Shown piece after piece: positions 16,252-24,022 of a DNA stretch of 35,301 nucleotides. Origin of the DNA: Acutalibacteraceae bacterium. Lineage in GTDB: Bacteria; Bacillota; Clostridia; Oscillospirales; Acutalibacteraceae. Within the stretch, counting starts at the first letter, position 1; each line of letters starts with the position of its first letter. The position numbers were made by a program, and so were the translations under genes. The stretch lies in assembly GCA_045647445.1 (NCBI GenBank), contig JAZRMJ010000148.1, positions 1 through 35,301 on the forward strand, in the 5' to 3' direction. Under the pieces are notes generated by a model that saw only the letters and a list, made by a program, of their open reading frames with translations, was not told where the DNA came from and ran no database searches.

Positions 16252-17451
16252 TCAGGTGGTGATATCCTCGACCATACTGTCAAGCAATTGCTTTATTGAC
16301 TTAGAATAATTTTTATTTTCCATTGCAGTTCCAAAGGCTTCAACAGGGCTCCAAAAGGTGCTCAGTATCCCACGCTGTGAAACTCCGAATTTGTTTTGCT
16401 CTGACAAGGCAGTCAGGGCCACATTCTTTTTAACCTCCTCGTTTTCGGCAGCCTTTTTGTTTGATGGGCCTGCCGCACGCTCCTTAAAACGTAGCAACTG
16501 ATTTTGCTCGTTAGTTATCCACTGAGCAAGCTTCATAGCCTCAACAGGCTCTTTGGTCGAAGAATTAACTCCGAGCAGTTTATATCCTGCAAAGCTTTTA
16601 AGTTGGATGTTTGTGCCACCGATGTTAGCAGTGGGTAGCTTTGCGGCAGCATAATTCTCTCCAAGCCTTTGCTTTACAGCATCGGCAGTCCATGCGCCCG
16701 AAACACCTGCGGCAATATTGCCACCAATACCACCGGTGAAAACGGCATCATCACCCGTCAAAAATGCAGGGTGAGCGCATAGCTTTTTAACCGTTTCGCC
16801 TGCCTTAACCCCTGCCTCGTTGTTGAAGTTGCAGGTTTGCTTGCCCTTAGCATCAAGACCTACCGAGCAGCCTGCCGAGAGAAAGAATGAGGCAGTGTAC
16901 CACCCGTTTGAAATATCCATAAAGAACTTTTTGCCTTTTTTTTCGCAAGCATCAAGAATGCCCTCAAGGGTTTTTGCCTGCTCGTCAGATACAACCGAGC
17001 GATCATAATACATAAAAAAGCCGTTATCAGCCGTCATGGGATAGGCATAGAGCGCATCCTTAACGGTAGCAGCATCAACCGACCCCTTAATATTGCTGGA
17101 CTCGATATCCTCTTTGCCTCGAGTGATTTCATAAAGAGCACCTGCATTCACAAGGTCATAAATCTGATCGTCAGGGAAAGAGAAGATATCGGCTGCCTTT
17201 TGAGGGTCTTCAAGCAATCTAGCCTGAGCATCAGCCTCGCTGACAACCCCGAGCGAGATATTATAATCCATATCGGGGTTGGCCTTTTTAAAAGAGTCTA
17301 TCATAGTGCCAAGCAGCTTTTGGTCTTCTTGTGGCCCCCACACCTTTAGATTGACCTTCTCGGCGCTGCTACCCGAGTTCTTGCTACCACCGCATGCCGT
17401 GAGAGTTGACAGCATAATGGCGGCGGTTATAACAGCAAGTAGTTTTTTCAT
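16252..17451 (-). CDS. Extracellular solute-binding lipoprotein of a maltodextrin-type ABC transporter (MalE/MdxE-like)
   Basis: Signal peptide and lipobox (MKKLLAVITAAIMLSTLTACGG), with family-1 SBP features throughout. The ATG (comp 17449-17451) overlaps the TGA of glgP (ATGA). Confidence 0.85.
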   Translation of the reverse strand: MKKLLAVITAAIMLSTLTACGGSKNSGSSAEKVNLKVWGPQEDQKLLGTMIDSFKKANPDMDYNISLGVVSEADAQARLLEDPQKAADIFSFPDDQIYDLVNAGALYEITRGKEDIESSNIKGSVDAATVKDALYAYPMTADNGFFMYYDRSVVSDEQAKTLEGILDACEKKGKKFFMDISNGWYTASFFLSAGCSVGLDAKGKQTCNFNNEAGVKAGETVKKLCAHPAFLTGDDAVFTGGIGGNIAAGVSGAWTADAVKQRLGENYAAAKLPTANIGGTNIQLKSFAGYKLLGVNSSTKEPVEAMKLAQWITNEQNQLLRFKERAAGPSNKKAAENEEVKKNVALTALSEQNKFGVSQRGILSTFWSPVEAFGTAMENKNYSKSIKQLLDSMVEDITT

Positions 17452-19742
17452 TTTTTGATTCCCCAAATCTGTTTAGCATATTCACGAACAGAGCGATCGC
17501 TAGAGAACCAGCCTGCGCCTGCGATGTTCATAATACGCATCGAGCCAAAGCGACGACGGTCACGATACTCGAGATTAAGACGGTCACGGGTGTTGCAGTA
17601 GTCGGCAAAATCAGCGCAGACCATGTAACGGTCACCTGTCATAAGGTCGTTTCTAAGGTCGGCAAACATGCCACTGCCACCATCATCGAGGGTGCCGTCG
17701 CACAGAGCGTCAACCACTCTTTTTAGTCTCGGGTTGCTGTCAATAAAGCGTTTGGGGTCGTATTGGGGTTTAAGAGCGTTAACCTCATCAACCCTCATGC
17801 CAAAGATATAGTTGTTTTCTTCGCCTGCATGCTCAACAATCTCAATGTTTGCGCCATCGTAGGTGCCTAGGGTAACGGCGCCGTTAAGCATCAGCTTCAT
17901 GTTGCCTGTGCCTGAGGCTTCAGTGCCTGCGAGTGATATCTGCTCGCTTATATCAGCGGCAGGAATAATCTTTTCGGCGTATGAGACGTTGTAGTCGGTC
18001 ACAAACACAACCTGCATTAAATCGTTAAGCTCGGGTGAACGGTCGATAAAATCGGCTACCGAGTTAATCAGCTTAATGACTGCCTTGGCCATATAATAGC
18101 CGGGAGCGGCTTTGCCACCAAAAATATAAACGGTGGGAGTGAAATCGCTCAGCTCACCCGACTTAATTCTCAACGCAGTATCAAGAATTGATAAAATGTT
18201 GAGCAGCTGTCTTTTATACTCATGCAAACGCTTTATTTGAACGTCGAATATTGCATCGGTGCGTATCTCACGCTTTTCGTGTTCAAAAATATAATGCGCA
18301 AGCTGAGCCTTCTTTATACCCTTAATCTCTTCGATTTTTTCAATAAATTGAGGGTCATCCTTAAGGGCAGCCAATTTGTCAAGACCCTCGAGGGTTAAAA
18401 CAGCGTTATTGTCGAGCTTTTGGGCAATAACCTCGGCAAGCTCAGGGTTACAAAGCCTTAACCAGCGACGGGGTGTAATGCCGTTAGTGATGTTAATAAT
18501 GCTGTTTGGGCGAAGGTCATGCCAATGCTTAAACAGACCGTTTTTTAGAATCTCGGTGTGAATGGCGGCAACACCGTTGGTCTTGTGGGCCACAAAGAGT
18601 GCGAGCCTTGCCATGTGGATGGTATCGCCCTCAATAATATCAAACTTCTCAAAATCGGTCACGCCCATTGCAGAAAGCTCAATGCGAAGTCTCTTTTGAA
18701 TCTGTTTAATTACGGGAATAACCTGAGGAATGACCGAGCGCATGAGTGATAAGCTCCACTTTTCAAGAGCCTCAGGCATAACGGTGTGGTTAGTGTAGGC
18801 AAAGGTCAGCCTTGCCTCGTTAAAGGCATCGTCAAAGCTCATGCCGCTCTCGGTCAAAAGGCGAATAAGCTCAGGTATGGCAACCGTCGGGTGGCTATCA
18901 TTTAGTTGCACTGCATAGCATTTTGAAAAGGGCTTACCCTTGCACTTTTTGAGCATATCGGCAATTGATGCCCCTGCAAAAAAATACTCCTGCCTTAGCC
19001 TTAGCTTTTTACCCTGCAGATTATCGTCGTTAGGATAAAGCACGTCGCTCAATCTCTCAGCCTTGAGGCGATTATCAGCAGCCTTTTCATATTTTTGAAG
19101 GTTGAAAAGGTTAAAATCAAAGGGTTCGTCGCTCTCAGCCTGCCATAGGCGCAGGGTGTTAACAACAGCCCCGTTTTTGCCTATTATGGGCATATCGTAG
19201 GGAACGGCAGTTACCTTGCCGTCACCAAAGCTGATGGTAACAGCATCATGCTCCTTGCGAACTGACCACGGGTCACCCCACTTGAGCCAGTTATCGGCAT
19301 ATTCACGCTGAAATCCGTCTTCGATTTTTTGCTCAAACAAGCCGTAGCGATAGCGAATTCCGTAGCCGTCAAGGGGGATTCTGCAATATGCAGCCGATTC
19401 AAGGTAACAGGCGGCAAGTCGACCCAAGCCACCGTTGCCCAGAGCAGGGTCACCGATGCGCTCAAAAATCTGAGGGTCGGCTCCGTGCTTTGTCATAAGA
19501 GCCTCAAAACGTTCTAAAAGGCCTGAGTTTAAAAGGTTAGCATATATAACACGACCAATCAAAAACTCAGCCGAAAGATATGATGCTCTCTTGCCCTTTG
19601 AGGGCTTAGTCCACTTTTTAGCCACATGACCTACCGTAGCTGCCGACACAGCCTCATAAAGCTGTTTGATGTCGGCTGTTTCAATATCCACACCGCAAAG
19701 AGCGAGCTGCTCCGAAACGGCTGTCTCAAACTTGATTGCCAT
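17448..19742 (-). CDS. glgP: Glycogen/maltodextrin (alpha-glucan) phosphorylase, GT35
   Basis: GNGGLGRLAACYLES near the N-terminus. PLP-lysine region EQISLAGTEASGTGNMKLMLNGAVTLGTYDGANIE. LHEYKRQLLN motif. 764 aa. AAGGAG RBS. Confidence 0.93.
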   Translation of the reverse strand: MAIKFETAVSEQLALCGVDIETADIKQLYEAVSAATVGHVAKKWTKPSKGKRASYLSAEFLIGRVIYANLLNSGLLERFEALMTKHGADPQIFERIGDPALGNGGLGRLAACYLESAAYCRIPLDGYGIRYRYGLFEQKIEDGFQREYADNWLKWGDPWSVRKEHDAVTISFGDGKVTAVPYDMPIIGKNGAVVNTLRLWQAESDEPFDFNLFNLQKYEKAADNRLKAERLSDVLYPNDDNLQGKKLRLRQEYFFAGASIADMLKKCKGKPFSKCYAVQLNDSHPTVAIPELIRLLTESGMSFDDAFNEARLTFAYTNHTVMPEALEKWSLSLMRSVIPQVIPVIKQIQKRLRIELSAMGVTDFEKFDIIEGDTIHMARLALFVAHKTNGVAAIHTEILKNGLFKHWHDLRPNSIINITNGITPRRWLRLCNPELAEVIAQKLDNNAVLTLEGLDKLAALKDDPQFIEKIEEIKGIKKAQLAHYIFEHEKREIRTDAIFDVQIKRLHEYKRQLLNILSILDTALRIKSGELSDFTPTVYIFGGKAAPGYYMAKAVIKLINSVADFIDRSPELNDLMQVVFVTDYNVSYAEKIIPAADISEQISLAGTEASGTGNMKLMLNGAVTLGTYDGANIEIVEHAGEENNYIFGMRVDEVNALKPQYDPKRFIDSNPRLKRVVDALCDGTLDDGGSGMFADLRNDLMTGDRYMVCADFADYCNTRDRLNLEYRDRRRFGSMRIMNIAGAGWFSSDRSVREYAKQIWGIKK

Positions 19743-19754
19743 AAAAAATTCTCC

Positions 19755-21209
19755 TTATTTAATTCGTCCGTATAGGCGAGATAATTTTGCCAGTCTTGAA
19801 ACTGTAGCATCATCGAAAGCACCCTTTTGCATTCTCCATCGCCAGTTACCTGAGGCAGTACCGGGTGTGTTCATTCTTGCAGCCGAGCCAAGCCATAGCA
19901 CATCCTGCATCTGAAATATTGCAAGGCAACAGGGCGAAGCATAGGCGTGGCGAAATAGCCCGTCTCTAACTGCAATATTGCTCTTTGCACCGATATAATC
20001 GAGCACTTTTTGTTTAGTCTCGATATCGAGTGAGCCTATCCAGCCGAGCAGAGTATCGTTATCGTGGGTGCCACCATAAATTACGGTGTTTTTGTTAAGG
20101 TCATAGGGTCTGCCATCCTCACCAAATGAGAATTGCACTACCTCCATACCGGGGTAACCACTATATTCAAGCAGCCTTTGAGCTGAGGGATGAAATTCGC
20201 CTAAATTCTCTGCAACAATCTCCATCTCTCCACGAGCCGAGTTTATCGCATCAATAAGCCTTCTGCCGGGGCCTCTACGCCATCTGCCACCGATTGCGTT
20301 TTCGCTCTTTTGTGGTATCGAGTAGTATCTCGCCATACCGATAAAGTGGTCAATTCTAACGGCATCAAACAACTTTGATGCCATTTTAACGCGCATCTTC
20401 CACCACGAAAAACCGTCGTCATTCATTACGTCCCATCGATAGAGAGGGTTATTCCAGCGCTGACCCGTCTCGCTAAATGCATCGGGTGGCACTCCTGCAA
20501 CGTTAACGGGGTTTTGCCTCTCATCAAGCTCAAATTGCTCGGGTGATGTCCACACGTCGGCACCGTCGGGCGAAACGTATATGGGCATATCGCCCATTAT
20601 CTTAACCCCGAGCTTTGCGCAATGGGTGTGAAGCCTATCCCAATCGGCAAAAAATCGGTATTGACAAAACTTGTGATAATTTATTTGGTCAATATACAGC
20701 TCTGCGTATTTTTCTTTAACCGAATTGCAGTAGCAACGGTCAGCCTCATCCCACTCGCTCAAGGGCTTGCCCTTATAATGCTTTCTTATTGCCATAAACA
20801 GAGCGTATGGGTCGAGCCAAAACTCATTTTCTTTGCAAAACACTGAGTACCCCTCGCTCGGCTTAAACCTGCTGAATGCAAGGCGCAGCAGCGACTCTCT
20901 TTGACGGCGCACCATAGAATAGTTGACGAAACGGCTCTCACCCTTTGGTAGCTCCTCTTTGGTCAGTAGCCCATCCTCGCACAGCCTTTCGGGGTCGATA
21001 AACAGCTCGCTGCCTGCAAAAGCAGAGAGTGGCTGATAGGGGCTGTCGCCCTTGCCCATAGGCCCAATGGGCAGTATCTGCCAATAGCTTTGACCTGCCT
21101 TTGATAGCTTCTCGGCAAACTCAAAGGCCTCTTTGCCAAGAGTGCCAATGCCACCCTCTGACGGCAATGAGCTAATCGGCATAAGTATTCCTGCTGATCT
21201 GACTAACAT
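19755..21209 (-). CDS. malQ: 4-alpha-glucanotransferase (amylomaltase, GH77)
   Basis: MLVRSAGILMPISSLPSEGGIGTLGKEA...DSPYQPLSAFAG...GDMPIYVSPDGADVW...VRIDHFIG...GGTHDNDT are GH77 signatures. ATG at comp 21207-21209 sits 8 nt after GAGG. The ORF-track GTG at 21218 abuts the RBS. Confidence 0.9.
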   Translation of the reverse strand: MLVRSAGILMPISSLPSEGGIGTLGKEAFEFAEKLSKAGQSYWQILPIGPMGKGDSPYQPLSAFAGSELFIDPERLCEDGLLTKEELPKGESRFVNYSMVRRQRESLLRLAFSRFKPSEGYSVFCKENEFWLDPYALFMAIRKHYKGKPLSEWDEADRCYCNSVKEKYAELYIDQINYHKFCQYRFFADWDRLHTHCAKLGVKIMGDMPIYVSPDGADVWTSPEQFELDERQNPVNVAGVPPDAFSETGQRWNNPLYRWDVMNDDGFSWWKMRVKMASKLFDAVRIDHFIGMARYYSIPQKSENAIGGRWRRGPGRRLIDAINSARGEMEIVAENLGEFHPSAQRLLEYSGYPGMEVVQFSFGEDGRPYDLNKNTVIYGGTHDNDTLLGWIGSLDIETKQKVLDYIGAKSNIAVRDGLFRHAYASPCCLAIFQMQDVLWLGSAARMNTPGTASGNWRWRMQKGAFDDATVSRLAKLSRLYGRIK

Positions 21210-21273
21210 ATTGGTCACCTCATAAAAGATAATTTTATCTTTAGGATTTTTAGCTTAAATATGCAAAAAATGA

Positions 21274-21302
21274 TTGAAACTGGCGTTAAATTAATTTAGA
21301 AT
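21274..21302 (+). promoter_or_regulatory. Candidate sigma-A promoter of the dehydrogenase-licD unit
   Basis: TTGAAA (21274-21279), a 17-nt spacer, then TAGAAT (21297-21302). Confidence 0.55.
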
Positions 21303-21335
21303 AAAACCAAACAAATTAAAGGGAGTGGATATAGC

Positions 21336-22301
21336 ATGAAAACGGTCATACTCGACCGATGCACCATCATAAAGGATGGCGATGTATCCTTTGACCCTAT
21401 CACCTCGGTGTCTGATACCGAAGTTTACGATATGCTCACTCACGATGAAATGCTGTCTGTTTTGGCTGATGCCGATGCAGTTATATGCAACAAAGCAGTC
21501 ATAGATGCCGATATTATCGAAAAGTGCAAAAGCTTAAAATATGTCGGCCTTTTCGCAACAGGATATAACAATATCGACCTTGAGTCGGCAAATAAGCACG
21601 GGGTTTATGTTGCAAATACACCGGGGTATTCAACCTGTTCGGTCGCTCAGCATACCATCGGTCTTATGCTCACCCTCGCAGGTAGTATCAGCCGTTATAA
21701 CAGCTCAGTCCATTCGGGCGATTGGTGCCGTAGCGCGGCGTTCACTTATTTGACCGAGCCCATGTGTGAGGTCAGCGGCAAAACGCTCGGCATATTCGGC
21801 TTTGGCGAAATCGGTCGTGCTGTCGCAAAGGTTGCCGAGGCGCTTGGCATGAAAATTTTAGTCAGCTCACGCACCGAAAAAAGAGATGGCTACACCTACG
21901 TCAGCCGTGATGAGCTGTTTAAAAAGAGCGACTTTCTAACCCTTCATTGCCCCTTAACCGACCACACAAAAGAGGTCGTAAATAAAGAAACTCTGTCGCT
22001 TATGAAACCGACTGCTTTTATTATCAACACCTCAAGAGGCGGCGTTATAAACGAAAATGACCTGTGTGATGCCCTCGAGAGGGGGATTATCTCAGGCGCC
22101 GCAATCGACGTTGCAACAACTGAGCCAATGCGAGAGAGCGACCCTCTGTTAAAGGCACCAAATCTTATCATAACCCCTCACGTTGCCTGGGCAACCTATG
22201 AAGCAAGAAGCCGACTGGTTAAGCTGGTTGGCGATAATCTTAAAGCATTTGTTGAGGGTCGACCTCAAAACATAGTTAACCGACCCGAAGGAGTGAATTA
22301 A
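21336..22301 (+). CDS. D-isomer-specific 2-hydroxyacid dehydrogenase (glycerate dehydrogenase / hydroxypyruvate reductase-like)
   Basis: NAD-binding GIFGFGEIGRAVA. Catalytic-domain motifs LTLHCPLT, INTSRGGVINENDL and ITPHVAWAT (the Arg/Glu/His triad context). Confidence 0.85.
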   Translation: MKTVILDRCTIIKDGDVSFDPITSVSDTEVYDMLTHDEMLSVLADADAVICNKAVIDADIIEKCKSLKYVGLFATGYNNIDLESANKHGVYVANTPGYSTCSVAQHTIGLMLTLAGSISRYNSSVHSGDWCRSAAFTYLTEPMCEVSGKTLGIFGFGEIGRAVAKVAEALGMKILVSSRTEKRDGYTYVSRDELFKKSDFLTLHCPLTDHTKEVVNKETLSLMKPTAFIINTSRGGVINENDLCDALERGIISGAAIDVATTEPMRESDPLLKAPNLIITPHVAWATYEARSRLVKLVGDNLKAFVEGRPQNIVNRPEGVN

Positions 22302-23111
22302 ATGTTCGAGTTTAAAGAGGGTCAATTGCGAGCCCTCCAATTAAAATCACTCGAAATATTAAAGGATTTTAAAGACTTTTGCGATGAGCATAACCTGACC
22401 TTTTTTATCTGTGGTGGTGGATGCATCGGTGCTGTCCGTCATGGAGGCTTCATCCCGTGGGATGATGATGTTGACCTGTTTATGCCCCGTAAGGATTATG
22501 AAAGGCTTTATGAGATATGGCGCGATACCGACCGATACAGCCTGCTTCGCACCGACTCTGACCGTTACTGTGGTCAATATATTATGACCTTTGTTGACAA
22601 AACTACACGCTGTGTCATAAAAGAGCAGCAATCAATCGAGGGTATCCCTCACGGAGTAGCGCTTGATATCTTACCTCTTGATGGTTGCCCCGACAATAAA
22701 ATTAAACGCAGTATGCAAAAGCTCGATGCTATGCTTTTTTGCCTTTTTAACTATGGCGCACCCGTTAACCACGGTGGCTTTGTTAATTTCGGTTGCAAGG
22801 TTCTGCTCGCCCTATTCCCAACAAAAAAATCTCGCACCCGTATGTGGAAACGGTGCGAGAAACGCATGAGTCGATATGCGATAGAAGATTGCGACCGTGT
22901 GACAGAGCTTTGCTCAGGTATGATTTATATGGGCAAAAATTATCCAAAAGAGTGGTTTGAAGCTTCGATTTTAATGCCCTTTGAAGATGCCGAAATGCCC
23001 CTACCCATAGGCTATGACAATTATCTGCGCTCGGTTTATGGCGACTATATGAAGCTACCACCCGAAGAGAAACGCCATGGCAATCATACCTTTATTGAAT
23101 TAGAATTATAA
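22302..23111 (+). CDS. LicD-family phosphotransferase (phosphocholine / phospho-alditol transferase family)
   Basis: LRALQLKSLEILKDFKDFCDEHNLTFFICGGGCIGAVRHGGFIPWDDDVDLFMPRKDYERL is the LicD N-terminal nucleotidyltransferase-fold signature with DxD. The ATG directly follows the TAA of the dehydrogenase, with no spacer. Confidence 0.8.
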   Translation: MFEFKEGQLRALQLKSLEILKDFKDFCDEHNLTFFICGGGCIGAVRHGGFIPWDDDVDLFMPRKDYERLYEIWRDTDRYSLLRTDSDRYCGQYIMTFVDKTTRCVIKEQQSIEGIPHGVALDILPLDGCPDNKIKRSMQKLDAMLFCLFNYGAPVNHGGFVNFGCKVLLALFPTKKSRTRMWKRCEKRMSRYAIEDCDRVTELCSGMIYMGKNYPKEWFEASILMPFEDAEMPLPIGYDNYLRSVYGDYMKLPPEEKRHGNHTFIELEL

Positions 23112-23114
23112 ATG

Positions 23115-23154
23115 ATAACCACTATGCCTAATAGGTATGGTGGTTATTTATTTT
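23115..23154. terminator. Bidirectional rho-independent terminator between the convergent licD-family gene and the AraC regulator
   Basis: Stem ATAACCACTATGCC (23115-23128) pairs with GGTATGGTGGTTAT (23134-23147), including two G-U pairs. The loop is TAATA and a T-rich tail follows. It overlaps the regulator stop codon. Confidence 0.7.
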
Positions 23155-23908
23155 GCGAGCGATATTTAGCAGGGGATATGCCCACTGCCTTTTTAAAGGA
23201 TGCCGAAAAATAGAGAGCATCATCGTAACCGCAGGATGCAGCAACAAGCTTGACAGGGTAACCCGATTCGAGCATGTTTTTGGCGTTTTCGATGCGCTTT
23301 TCTTCAATATAAGCCATGGGTGATTGCCCGTAATGCTGATTAAAAATGCGATATAAAAATGAACGGCTGACTCCGATAGCATCAGCAACCCCCTGCACAC
23401 GCAAACTGCTTTTATGCAAATTTGCGATAATGTGGTCTCGAGCGAGGGTTGCAAGCTCATGACCTACGGGTATATTGCTGTCAGCAGGATAAAGCTCGAT
23501 TATCATTGAGATGAGTTTGAGCAAAACGGCGTTGCAGGGTGAGGTACGGTCATCCTCCTCAATGAGTCGGTCAAACAGCTCCTCAGCTTGTGGCATGCAG
23601 GGAGTAACGGGCGACTTTGAAAAGGCAATTGAATTCATAAGCTGAGTTGCGAGAGAGCCGTCAAAAACCACCCATTTATAATAGTAGGGGTCAGCCTCAT
23701 CGGGTCTGTAGCCCGTCAGTTCACCCGGTTTAATAAAAAATATGTGACCTGCCTTTAGTGGATAATCGCGGCCTTTAACGGTTAGCACACCCGACCCACG
23801 GCTGATATAATGCAAAATATAGGCGTTTCTGACAGCGCAGCATGAATGCATATCACTGCAATCTTGCTGACCAATCTCAATAGCAGTTAAAGGTCTTGAG
23901 TCTTTCAT
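23144..23908 (-). CDS. AraC-family transcriptional regulator (cupin sensor + HTH), likely regulator of the adjacent alpha-galactosidase genes
   Basis: The N-terminal cupin-like region reads YILHYISRGSGVLTVKGRDYPLKAGHIFFIKPGE. The C-terminal AraC HTH reads VQGVADAIGVSRSFLYRIFNQHYGQSPMAYIEEKRIENAKNML...VAASCGYDDALYFSASFKKAVGISPAKYR. Start MKDSRPL (comp 23906-23908) follows GGTGG. Confidence 0.85.
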   Translation of the reverse strand: MKDSRPLTAIEIGQQDCSDMHSCCAVRNAYILHYISRGSGVLTVKGRDYPLKAGHIFFIKPGELTGYRPDEADPYYYKWVVFDGSLATQLMNSIAFSKSPVTPCMPQAEELFDRLIEEDDRTSPCNAVLLKLISMIIELYPADSNIPVGHELATLARDHIIANLHKSSLRVQGVADAIGVSRSFLYRIFNQHYGQSPMAYIEEKRIENAKNMLESGYPVKLVAASCGYDDALYFSASFKKAVGISPAKYRSQNK

Positions 23909-23923
23909 TTTGTTACCACCTTG

Positions 23924-23974
23924 CAACAAAAACATATATTATAACAACAAAATATGATTGTTATATCAACAAAA
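23924..23974. repeat. Three exact, phased copies of CAACAAAA in the AraC / GH27 divergent control region
   Basis: Exact octamers lie at 23924-23931, 23945-23952 and 23967-23974, giving 21- and 22-bp spacing. Degenerate copies lie at 23992-24000 and 24003-24010. A TATAAT box lies at 23976-23981. Confidence 0.5.
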
Positions 23975-24022
23975 CTATAATACAATAAACTCAACCAAAA
24001 ATCAACAAGGGGGATAAAATTT

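Noticed and set aside
16190-16283. Long N-terminal extension of the MalF-like ORF overlapping the binding-protein gene by 32 nt, and the A-rich run AAAAAGAAAAAAAG as a possible slippery site
   Set aside because: An internal TTG behind an AGAGGAG RBS explains the gene without a long overlap. The A-run simply encodes the KKKKR membrane-anchor charge cluster. There is no evidence for frameshifting.
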